A stretch of 64,000 bases of DNA. Origin: an uncultured Pelagibacteraceae bacterium (GTDB lineage Bacteria; Pseudomonadota; Alphaproteobacteria; Pelagibacterales; Pelagibacteraceae). Of the stretch, positions 1 through 8,406 are shown piece after piece; the stretch's first letter is position 1, and the number at the start of each line of letters is the position of its first letter. The notes beneath the pieces are model-generated. The model saw only the letters and a program-made list of their open reading frames with translations. It did no database searches and was not told the origin of the DNA. The stretch covers positions 11,731 through 75,730 of the forward strand of contig CACAKN010000003.1 in NCBI GenBank assembly GCA_902533075.1, read 5' to 3'. Both the position numbers and the translations under genes were made by a program.

Positions 1-303
1 CTTAATATGTTGACTCCCTTTGGAGCTAACAACATTACACCGTCATTTTTAATAAGAAATGTTATTATAATCAAACCCAAAATTATTAAAGAAAAATTTT
101 TGAGTTTTTATTTAAAATCTAAATCAAGTAAATCATTCCCAGCTATTTCTTTTAATAATTTAGAATCAATAATTACTAAAATGCTAATGTATAATAAAAA
201 TGAATTCAGTGTAATTGTTCAAATAAAAGAAAACCAATGGAATAACAAAAAAAATCTTCAGTTAGTCGTCTTAGACATTATAACACAACCTAATAAAGCT
301 TGA
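1..303 (+). CDS. recJ: ssDNA exonuclease RecJ, C-terminal part (gene starts before window)
   Basis: LTPFGANN resembles RecJ L-x-PFG-x-GN; ends N-x-WN-x4-LQL-x3-D as in the RecJ OB fold. Confidence 0.7.
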   Translation, partial: LNMLTPFGANNITPSFLIRNVIIIKPKIIKEKFLSFYLKSKSSKSFPAISFNNLESIITKMLMYNKNEFSVIVQIKENQWNNKKNLQLVVLDIITQPNKA

Positions 304-338
304 TTAATAATAATTTATACAATAAAAAACAGTTTTTT

Positions 339-413
339 GGTCCCTTCGTCTATCGGTTAGGACACGTGGTTTTCATCCTCGAAAGAGGGGTTCGATTCCC
401 CTAGGGACCGCCA
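339..413 (+). tRNA. tRNA-Glu(TTC)
   Basis: Acceptor GGTCCCT/AGGGACC, anticodon loop TT-TTC-AT, T arm GGTTCGATTCC, encoded CCA. Confidence 0.96.
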
Positions 414-418
414 TTATT

Positions 419-688
419 ATGTCATTTTATGTATACATGCTACTAAGCATAGGTAGATTAAAAAATAAAACTTATGTCGGATATACTTCAAATCTGTATA
501 AAAGATTAAATGAACATAATAACGATAAAGGTGCAAAATCTACTAAGGGGTACAAGTGGAAAGTTATCTTTAAAAAGAAATTTTCAAATAAATCTAATGC
601 CTTATCTTATGAGTACAAATTAAAAAAAAATAGAAAAAAAAGATCTTTAATATTACAAAAATTTAAGATTCATGAAAAAAAAACTTAA
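419..688 (+). CDS. GIY-YIG nuclease family protein (UPF0213-like)
   Basis: FYVYML...TYVGYT-x-NL-x-KRL-x-EHN...GAKST...ALSYEYKLK. Confidence 0.85.
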   Translation: MSFYVYMLLSIGRLKNKTYVGYTSNLYKRLNEHNNDKGAKSTKGYKWKVIFKKKFSNKSNALSYEYKLKKNRKKRSLILQKFKIHEKKT

Positions 689-2786
689 AATAGCAACTAT
701 ACTTCCCTATAAAGAGAATTATACTTTTTCAAAAGCTCAAGCAGCAGCTATTTGGGTTTGTGACTTTTTAAAATATTCTAAGCATAAAAAAGAAAACTAT
801 ATTTTTGGTAATACAGATACTAAAGATTTTTTATCAAAAAATTATGTAAATGTTCCTATAAAATTAAAATCAAGATTTTCCAGTACTACAATAGAATATT
901 GTAATAATTTTATATCATCAATAAAAGATAAAGAATTTGATATTATTGAAATTCATAATCGGCCTTTAGTATTTACTTTTTTGAAAAATAAATTAGATAA
1001 AAAATTCATTTTATATTTTCATAATGATCCTATTTCAATGAAAGGGTCAAAAAGTGTATCTGAAAGGATAAATTTATTAAATAATGTGGATAAAATAATT
1101 TTCGTAAGTAAGTGGACACAAAAGAGATTTTTTAAGGATATAGATCAAAAACTTTTACACAAAACAGATGTTGTTTATCCAAGCATCCATAAAGAAAAAA
1201 AAATTATTAATAAAAATAAAAATATCGTTTTTGTTGGTAAATTAAATGTTTCTAAAGGTTATGATATTTATGGAGGTGCAATTACTAAAATTTTAGATGA
1301 ATTTCCAAAATGGAAAGCTTTTTCTATAGGAGATGAAAGTAGAAAAAGACCAATGATATCTCATAAAAGACACAAAGAATTAGGTTTTCTAAAGCATAAA
1401 AAAGTTTTAAAATTTTTAGATAAGTCGGAAATAGCTGTTGTTCCGTCTAGATGGGAAGAACCTTTTGGAAGAACGGCTCTCGAGTCTTCCTCAAGAGCAT
1501 GTGCAACTATTATTTCAAATCGAGGTGGTTTACCGGAAACAACTGATCACTGTATCATTTTAGACAAATTGAATAGTGAACAATTATTTGTTCAAATTAA
1601 AAAACTTATTAATAACGAAAGACTAAGAAAAAAAATACAATTTAACGGTTTCAAAAATGTTAAACATACAATCAAATCAAATTCTTTATTAATAGACTCC
1701 ATAAGAGAAAAACTAGTTCATAATTTTAGCCTGAATTTTATAAAAAATAAATTAAGAATTATAAACTTATATAATTCCGGCCAAAAATTAAATCATAGAC
1801 TTTATAACATTTCTATAGGAAAAAAATTTACTAACGGTTTTATAAGAAATGGTCACGATGTGCTTGAAATAAGTGATAGAGATTTTATTAGACAAAACAG
1901 ATTACTTTCATTAAAAAGTTCAAATCTTAAATTTCAAGATTACTTGTTAGAGACTTTTAAAAACTATAATCCAGATCTTTTAATTTTTGGCCATACAAAC
2001 AATATCGATCTCGATACTTTAGATAAAATTAGATCCTCAAATAAAAGCCTTATTATTTCTCAATGGAATGAAGATCCGGTAATGCCAAGTTTAGATTATT
2101 CAAAAAAGAATATTAAAAACATATCTTTTTATAGAAGTTTAGTTGATCACAATTTTATAACCACTCATCCTAGTATTCTTAATAAGCAAGATAAATCAAT
2201 TAAAAATGTCCATTTTTTCTTTGTGCCAGTTGATAAGAATATCGAATGTTTTGATGTCTATAACTTAAATCCAGCAATGGATTTATTTTATGCCATGAGC
2301 CACGGTGTAAATAGAGCGACTTTAAAAAAAGGCAAAATTGATGACCGAATAACCTTTTTAAATAAATTAACTCATAAACTTCAGAATATAAATTATGATT
2401 TTTATGGTTTCAAAAATAAAGAACCTATTTGGGGTAATAATTTTTATCAAGCTCTAGTAAACTCAAAAATGGGTTTAAACTTGAGTAGGGGACTCCCAAC
2501 AAAGTACTATTCTAGCAATAGAATAGCTTCATTAATTGGAAATGGTTTACTTACCTTTATAGACAAAAAGACGCAAATTGATGATTTTTTTAATAAAAAT
2601 GAAATTATTATATATGAAAATATTGAAGATCTTTCACAAAAGATAAAATTTTATAAAAATAATCCAAAAATAAGAAAAAAAATAGCTTCAAATGGTAAAA
2701 AGAAATATTTCAAATTATTTAATGAACTTAAAATTACAAAATACATCATTGATAACTCTCTTGGAAATAACTCTAATTTATATTAA
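672..2786 (+). CDS. Two-module glycosyltransferase (GT4 plus CgeB/Glyco_trans_1_2-like)
   Basis: PSRWEEPFGRTALE GT4 motif in N-half; SKMGLNLSR...YSSNRIAS in C-half. Confidence 0.8.
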   Translation: MKKKLKIATILPYKENYTFSKAQAAAIWVCDFLKYSKHKKENYIFGNTDTKDFLSKNYVNVPIKLKSRFSSTTIEYCNNFISSIKDKEFDIIEIHNRPLVFTFLKNKLDKKFILYFHNDPISMKGSKSVSERINLLNNVDKIIFVSKWTQKRFFKDIDQKLLHKTDVVYPSIHKEKKIINKNKNIVFVGKLNVSKGYDIYGGAITKILDEFPKWKAFSIGDESRKRPMISHKRHKELGFLKHKKVLKFLDKSEIAVVPSRWEEPFGRTALESSSRACATIISNRGGLPETTDHCIILDKLNSEQLFVQIKKLINNERLRKKIQFNGFKNVKHTIKSNSLLIDSIREKLVHNFSLNFIKNKLRIINLYNSGQKLNHRLYNISIGKKFTNGFIRNGHDVLEISDRDFIRQNRLLSLKSSNLKFQDYLLETFKNYNPDLLIFGHTNNIDLDTLDKIRSSNKSLIISQWNEDPVMPSLDYSKKNIKNISFYRSLVDHNFITTHPSILNKQDKSIKNVHFFFVPVDKNIECFDVYNLNPAMDLFYAMSHGVNRATLKKGKIDDRITFLNKLTHKLQNINYDFYGFKNKEPIWGNNFYQALVNSKMGLNLSRGLPTKYYSSNRIASLIGNGLLTFIDKKTQIDDFFNKNEIIIYENIEDLSQKIKFYKNNPKIRKKIASNGKKKYFKLFNELKITKYIIDNSLGNNSNLY

Positions 2787-3520
2787 TGAAAACTGAAGAA
2801 AAACTAAAAGCTCGTTATCTATATTCCCAAAATCAAAATCCATTTAAATTTTTATATTTTTTATTTCAATTTTTAAAATTTAAATTCAAACCAAGAATAA
2901 TAAATGCAAATTGGGGTTTAGATGTTGTTGTTAAAGATATTTTGAAAAATAAAAAAAAGGGAATATACGTAGATGTAGGATGCCACCATCCTCTTATAAA
3001 TAGCAATACATATTTACTATACAAAAAAGGTTGGCGAGGTATAAATATTGATCTTGATTTTAACTCTATAGATATGTTTAATCATTTTAGGCCAGATGAT
3101 TATAATGAATTAAAAGCTGTTTCAAATATTAAAGGTTTTACAAAATTTTACTTTTTTCATAACAGAGCACCTAAAAATACAATTTCAAAAAAGAGTGGTG
3201 CAGGAGCTAAATTAGTTAAAAAGATAGAAACTGATACCTTAGATAACATTATTAAAAAAAGTAAATTTCCAATTAAAAAAATTGATTTTCTTTCGATTGA
3301 CGTCGAGGGAAATGAACTTAATGTTTTAAAAGGACTAAATTTTAAAAAATATAAGCCTAGAGTTGTAGTGTTAGAATTTATAGATCCCTCAATTAAAGAA
3401 TTTTACGATCATAAAATTGAAAATATCATAAATTCCAAGATTTATAAATTTATGAAAAATCGAAATTATAAGTTAATTAATTGGATACATGATGACTTAG
3501 TTTTCATCTCAAAAAATTAG
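2786..3520 (+). CDS. FkbM-family methyltransferase
   Basis: YVDVGCHHP, IDFLSIDVEGNELNVLKG. Confidence 0.85.
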   Translation: MKTEEKLKARYLYSQNQNPFKFLYFLFQFLKFKFKPRIINANWGLDVVVKDILKNKKKGIYVDVGCHHPLINSNTYLLYKKGWRGINIDLDFNSIDMFNHFRPDDYNELKAVSNIKGFTKFYFFHNRAPKNTISKKSGAGAKLVKKIETDTLDNIIKKSKFPIKKIDFLSIDVEGNELNVLKGLNFKKYKPRVVVLEFIDPSIKEFYDHKIENIINSKIYKFMKNRNYKLINWIHDDLVFISKN

Positions 3521-3528
3521 ATTACTAA

Positions 3529-4410
3529 ATGATTTCAATAATTATACCCACTTTTAATAACTTAAAATATCTCCAACTATGTGTAAATAGTATAAAAAAA
3601 AATTCACATTTCAAAAATGAAATATTAGTTCATATTAATGAAGGTTCTGATGGTACTATTAATTTTGTAAAAGAAAATAATTTAAAATTTACACATTCCA
3701 AAATAAATGATGGCCTTTGCATTGGTTGCAATAAAGTGAGTAAATTAAGTTCATTTAATTATATACTTTATGCTCATGATGACATGTATTTTTTACCAGA
3801 TTGGGATTTGTTATTAATTAATGAGGTAAAATCATTGAATACAACTAAATTTTATCTTTCTAGCATTATGATAAATGGAGATCCTAAACTTAATGGACAC
3901 TTAAATTTTCATGCTGGTGACACAGTGGAAAATTTTAATGAAGAATATCTTTTACAAAACTATAAAAATCTTAAACATGATGATTTTCAAGGTTCTACAT
4001 GGGCGCCTCATTTAATTCATAAGGATTTATGGAATGAAGTAGGTGGCTTTAGTGAAGAATTTTCACCGGGCATGGGATCGGACCCTGATTTAAACATGAA
4101 GTTATGGAATGTAGGAGTAAGAATTTTTAAATGTCTTGCAAAGTCTAGAGTTTATCACTTCGGTTCTGTTACAATACATAAGAACCAAAAAGAATCTTTC
4201 AAAAAGAATCATGGCTCAATAGCGAACAAAATTTTTTTACTTAAATGGGGTATTTCAATAAAATTCTTCAAAAAACATTATCTAAAATCACATATATTTC
4301 ATAATGAAAATCTTAATGAACCTAATAAAAACTTATTATACTATATAGACTTGTTTAAAGATAAATTATCCTATTATTATTATAAATTCTTTTCATCAAT
4401 AAAATTGTGA
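3529..4410 (+). CDS. Glycosyltransferase family 2
   Basis: ISIIIPTFN, HDD, GGFSEEF. Confidence 0.85.
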   Translation: MISIIIPTFNNLKYLQLCVNSIKKNSHFKNEILVHINEGSDGTINFVKENNLKFTHSKINDGLCIGCNKVSKLSSFNYILYAHDDMYFLPDWDLLLINEVKSLNTTKFYLSSIMINGDPKLNGHLNFHAGDTVENFNEEYLLQNYKNLKHDDFQGSTWAPHLIHKDLWNEVGGFSEEFSPGMGSDPDLNMKLWNVGVRIFKCLAKSRVYHFGSVTIHKNQKESFKKNHGSIANKIFLLKWGISIKFFKKHYLKSHIFHNENLNEPNKNLLYYIDLFKDKLSYYYYKFFSSIKL

Positions 4411-5411
4411 TAAATATTTTATTCCATTGTCCTTTTAGATTTAATTTAAGATCAAAAAATTTATCATCATTAGGTGGTATCGAAAGTTTAAATATAGATT
4501 TATGTTATGAGCTCGCTAAGAAAAAATTTAAGATCTATTTAGCAACTTATTGTAATAAAGAAATTAAAAAAAGAGGTGTAATAAATATACCGATCAAAAA
4601 AATATTGACAAATAAAAATAAATTAAAATTTGATATAATTATAAGCTCAAATGATCCAAATATATTCAATAACTTTAAAACAACAAAAAAAATATTATGG
4701 ATGCATAATACTTTAGCTATAGAGAAAGCAATAAGAAAGAAAAAGATTATTTCAATTATTAAGAATAGAATTTCTGCTGTTTTCGTTAGTAATTATTTAA
4801 AGATTAAAACGTCAAATTTATATTTATTTGAAAAAAAAATTGTAATCAATAACTTTTTATCAAATAGATTTTCTACAAAAAAAATAAATTTTAATCGTAA
4901 AAAAATAATTATTTGGTCTATTCAAAGAGAAAAGGGATTAGACGAAACTATTAGAATATGGAAAAAATATATTTATCCAAATAATAATAAAATAAAGTTT
5001 TATATTTTTGGAATAAAAAAAGATAAATATAAAAAAGAATTAAAAAAGCTTAATCAGTATAATATATTTTTTTTTGGTCGAGTGGCTAAAGAAAAATTAA
5101 GAAATATCTATAACAAATCTTTAGCTATGATATGTTTAGGTTATGATGAGACATTTTGCTTAAATGCTCTTGAGGCTAATGCGTCAGGCCTACCAATCTT
5201 AACATTTGGTGAAACTGCTTTAAAAGATTATTCAATAAATAATTATAATAGTTATATTTTAAATAATTTTGATGAATTATCAAAAAAAATTATTTCTATT
5301 TCAAATAAAGATATAAATAAAAAAATAATAATTAACTCAATTAAAAATGCAAAAAGATATCAAATAAATAAAATTGTTAAATTATGGATAAATCTTCTCA
5401 AAAAAATATAA
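4407..5411 (+). CDS. Glycosyltransferase family 4
   Basis: GGIE, ETFCLNALEANASGLP. Confidence 0.8.
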   Translation: MINILFHCPFRFNLRSKNLSSLGGIESLNIDLCYELAKKKFKIYLATYCNKEIKKRGVINIPIKKILTNKNKLKFDIIISSNDPNIFNNFKTTKKILWMHNTLAIEKAIRKKKIISIIKNRISAVFVSNYLKIKTSNLYLFEKKIVINNFLSNRFSTKKINFNRKKIIIWSIQREKGLDETIRIWKKYIYPNNNKIKFYIFGIKKDKYKKELKKLNQYNIFFFGRVAKEKLRNIYNKSLAMICLGYDETFCLNALEANASGLPILTFGETALKDYSINNYNSYILNNFDELSKKIISISNKDINKKIIINSIKNAKRYQINKIVKLWINLLKKI

Positions 5412-6280
5412 ACATTTATAAAGATATAACCCTATTAATTGTTTGTTATAATAGTGAAATACTAATTAAACAAAATCTAAATGAACTTAAAAAGTTTAAA
5501 ACTATCATAATTGATAATTCAAATTCTAGTGAAACTTTTAATTTGATAAAGGATTTTCCAAATATCAATTATATCAAAACAAACAAAAACTTAGGCTATG
5601 GACAAGCAAATAATTTAGGTGCAAAAAAAGCTTCCACTCCTTTTATAATGATACTTAATCCGGATATTTTAATTAATAGTGGTGCAATCAAAATTCTATA
5701 TGAGAGATACTTAAAGTATGAAAATGTAGGTATACTAGCACCAAGTCTTTATGATAATAACAATAATAGACGCACAAATGGCTCTAATTCCAAGCTAAAA
5801 AAAAATTATTCAAATACAAATAGACATAACATTGCTCAAGGAGATACTTGTTATGACTTTGTTGTTGGTTGTTCACTTTTTATGAATAGGGATTTTTTTC
5901 AAAGTATTGGTGGTTTTGATAAAGATTTTTTTATGTATTTTGAAGATAATGATATATGTGATCGTATCTATCAAAATAATAGATGTGTAATAGAAATACC
6001 TGAATCAAAAATGGTGCATATGCAAGGCTTATCCTCAAAATATAGTTTTTTTAGTAATACAAAATTATCAATAATTCACAAAGTATCTGAATATATCTAT
6101 TACAATAAAAAACTTAACTCGATAAAATTATATACAATAATTTTTAAACATTTTTTTGATTATTTTCAGAGATGCATTGTAAGTTTATTAATATTTAGAT
6201 TTAAAAATTCTTTTAAAAATTTGCTTCGCCTTATTTCTATATTTATCTACATAACTAAACTTTATAAGATTATTTATTAA
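5384..6280 (+). CDS. Glycosyltransferase family 2 (WbbL/rhamnosyltransferase-like)
   Basis: IVCYNS, NLGYGQANNLG, LNPD, GGFDKDFFMYFEDND. Confidence 0.85.
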   Translation: MDKSSQKNINIYKDITLLIVCYNSEILIKQNLNELKKFKTIIIDNSNSSETFNLIKDFPNINYIKTNKNLGYGQANNLGAKKASTPFIMILNPDILINSGAIKILYERYLKYENVGILAPSLYDNNNNRRTNGSNSKLKKNYSNTNRHNIAQGDTCYDFVVGCSLFMNRDFFQSIGGFDKDFFMYFEDNDICDRIYQNNRCVIEIPESKMVHMQGLSSKYSFFSNTKLSIIHKVSEYIYYNKKLNSIKLYTIIFKHFFDYFQRCIVSLLIFRFKNSFKNLLRLISIFIYITKLYKIIY

Positions 6281-6285
6281 TTTTT

Positions 6286-6966
6286 ATGGAAAAACTAAAC
6301 TTTTTTAGATTATTAATTAACAGGATATACTATTTTTTTTTTGTTGAAAGATTTTCAAAAAAACTAATTTTTGATTTTCCAAAAAATATTTACAGATGGG
6401 ATTTAATTCAATTTTTAATAGATAAGCATAAATTTCAAAATTATCTTGAAATTGGTTGTGATAAAGATCAGTCATTTTCAAGAATAAAAATCAACAACAA
6501 AGTTGGTGTTGATCCAATTAGCGGTGGAACAATTCGAACTTCTAGTAACAATTTTTTTATAAAAAATAAAGATACTTTTGATATTATTTTTATTGATGGA
6601 CTACATCATTATCATCAAGTTTTAAAAGATATCAATAATTCTTTAAATATATTAAACAATAATGGTTTTATTTTAGTTCACGACTGTTTACCAAGAACAT
6701 TAGCTCAACAAGCTGTACCAAGATATAGAGGTTCTTGGCAGGGTGATGTTTGGAAAGCCATAGTTGAATTAAGAACAATAAAAAATCTTGATATTATTAC
6801 ATGCAAAATTGATTTTGGTGTTGCAATAATTAGAAAAAAGAAAAATCAAAATCCTTTAGAGATTGATTGTGTTAACTTTTCAAAACTTAAATTTAAAAAT
6901 TATTATTATAATCATGAAAAATTAATGAATATTGTTGATTATAAAAAAACATTAGAAACACTCTAA
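6286..6966 (+). CDS. Class I SAM-dependent methyltransferase (Methyltransf_24-like)
   Basis: YLEIGC, FDIIFIDGLH, GFILVHD. Confidence 0.8.
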   Translation: MEKLNFFRLLINRIYYFFFVERFSKKLIFDFPKNIYRWDLIQFLIDKHKFQNYLEIGCDKDQSFSRIKINNKVGVDPISGGTIRTSSNNFFIKNKDTFDIIFIDGLHHYHQVLKDINNSLNILNNNGFILVHDCLPRTLAQQAVPRYRGSWQGDVWKAIVELRTIKNLDIITCKIDFGVAIIRKKKNQNPLEIDCVNFSKLKFKNYYYNHEKLMNIVDYKKTLETL

Positions 6967-7868
6967 ATTTTTATTTTATTTAAAGCATTATTTTTAAATA
7001 AATTAGCTTCTTGGATATATCTTCTTACCATTTGAGTAGTTTTATGGCCTGTCATAGCCATGATATTTCTTTCTTCGGCTCCGAATTCTGCAGCTGTAGT
7101 TGCAAAACCCGATCTTAAACTATGACCAGCATACTTTGAAGAGTCCAATCCAGCTCTTTCTGCATATTTCTTTATTATTAGTGCTACTGATTTATCTGAA
7201 ATATCAAAAATTTTTGTATCATTTTTATTTGTAAATTTTTCATCAATATAATTTTTAAGTGCTTTAACTGGACAAAATTCTTTGTTATCAAAGTAGGGGA
7301 TTGCTTTAATGCTTCCTTCACCAGATTGATCTGTTTTTGATCTTTTTATTAGAATTTTTACACCTTCATTTACAAACTCAACATCTTCATAATAGATATT
7401 TACTAACTCTGATCTTCTAAAACCTCCTGCAAATCCAATTAAAATTAATGCTTTATCTCTTATTTTTTCTTTATCTATAGCTTTAATAATTAATTTTAAA
7501 TCATTGATTAATATAGGTTTTTTAGCTTTCTGTCTTGAACCCAATGTTCTTTTAATCCCATGTAAATTTTCCATTATTATTGGATGTTTAGTGTCTAGAT
7601 AATGCCCTTTTAACTTATGAATTACACTTATTGATGCTATTCTCCTTTTTAAAGTACTAAATTTTGATGATTTAGAGAGATTAGTTATGTAAAGAGCGAT
7701 AATTTTTGGCTGCGTTGGAATTGCTGAAAAACTATTTTTTGCACAAAAACTTGAAAAATCTCTAAAATCCGATTGATAAGCTCTTAGTGTATTATTAGAT
7801 TTTGAGTTTTTAAGATTTTTTAAAGTTTCAATTTCTAAGCTTTTTAAATCAGTTGTTAAATTATTCAT
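6963..7868 (-). CDS. Tyrosine recombinase (Cre/Xer-type), intact catalytic residues
   Basis: GGFRRSEL (R), RSKTDQ (K), GHSLRSG (HxxR), MTGH (H), VRRY (Y); N-terminal NTLRAY domain. Confidence 0.92.
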   Translation of the reverse strand: MNNLTTDLKSLEIETLKNLKNSKSNNTLRAYQSDFRDFSSFCAKNSFSAIPTQPKIIALYITNLSKSSKFSTLKRRIASISVIHKLKGHYLDTKHPIIMENLHGIKRTLGSRQKAKKPILINDLKLIIKAIDKEKIRDKALILIGFAGGFRRSELVNIYYEDVEFVNEGVKILIKRSKTDQSGEGSIKAIPYFDNKEFCPVKALKNYIDEKFTNKNDTKIFDISDKSVALIIKKYAERAGLDSSKYAGHSLRSGFATTAAEFGAEERNIMAMTGHKTTQMVRRYIQEANLFKNNALNKIKI

Positions 7869-7872
7869 AAAT

Positions 7873-7901
7873 ATTTCCGATAACCATTAATTATCGGAAG
7901 T
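7873..7901. other. Palindromic dif/lox-like recombination site (11-7-11)
   Basis: ATTTCCGATAA-CCATTAA-TTATCGGAAGT; arms 10/11 complementary; inner ATAA/TTAT as in dif; 4 bp upstream of the recombinase ATG. Confidence 0.75.
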
Positions 7902-7928
7902 TATATAATAGGTGAATTTTAATGTCAA
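7900..7928 (-). promoter_or_regulatory. Sigma70-type promoter of the recombinase
   Basis: TTGACA (7928-7923), 17 bp, TATAAC (7905-7900) on minus strand; -10 overlaps the palindrome edge. Confidence 0.7.
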
Positions 7929-7948
7929 TAGTTTAAATATAAAAATAT

Positions 7949-8125
7949 ATGGGTTCAATTGATGGAGAAATTCCCGCAGTTTGGTTTTTAATAAGTTCAA
8001 TTGGTTTTATAATACTGAGCGTAATACAATACAGAAATACAGGCAAAAGTATCAACACTATTTTTTTGAGTATAATGGCTGTATTATTTTTATTGAGCTA
8101 TTTTATATTGCTTTTTAAAACCTAA
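7949..8125 (+). CDS. Small (58 aa) predicted two-TM membrane protein, below ORF-track cutoff
   Basis: MGSIDGEIPAVWFLISSIGFIILSVIQYRNTGKSINTIFLSIMAVLFLLSYFILLFKT*; two hydrophobic stretches. Confidence 0.6.
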   Translation: MGSIDGEIPAVWFLISSIGFIILSVIQYRNTGKSINTIFLSIMAVLFLLSYFILLFKT

Positions 8126-8220
8126 TTTATCCCCACTATTCACAAAGAATTTTGAAAAATTTAAGAATCACCTAAAAAGTGATACATTTAAAAATCAACA
8201 TTTGTTAAAGTATAAATGAA

Positions 8221-8402
8221 TTAAGAGGCAACTCTTAACTGGCCATTTGGAGAAAATCCGAGAGGTACAAGTCCAAAGGGCAGAAAGTTCTGCAGAGGAT
8301 CGCTTAACATGCAGAACGGGAGACATGGCGTTAGCGCATCATCGACGTGTCAAAACAACTGTTCTTTGCACCCTTAAAAGTGCAAGGAAACAGGGGTTTT
8401 TT
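8221..8402 (+). ncRNA. GC-rich multi-hairpin RNA (sRNA or leader/attenuator) upstream of ogt
   Basis: Five stem-loops, two with GNRA loops (GCAA, GAGA); TATAAA at 8211-8216 upstream; ends in a long hairpin plus T6. Confidence 0.7.
8359..8402 (+). terminator. Intrinsic-terminator-like hairpin ending the RNA element
   Basis: CTGTTCTTTGCAC-ccttaaaa-GTGCAAGGAAACAG then GGG-TTTTTT. Confidence 0.55.
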
Positions 8403-8406
8403 AAAA

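Noticed and set aside
365-381. T-T mismatch in the tRNA-Glu anticodon stem suggesting a pseudo-tRNA
   Set aside because: All other arms and the CCA are intact; single mismatches are tolerated.
8246-8277. c-di-GMP-I or hammerhead identity for the RNA element
   Set aside because: Only superficial GNRA/GAAA resemblance; no CUGANGA core or complete GEMM P1/P2 pattern seen.
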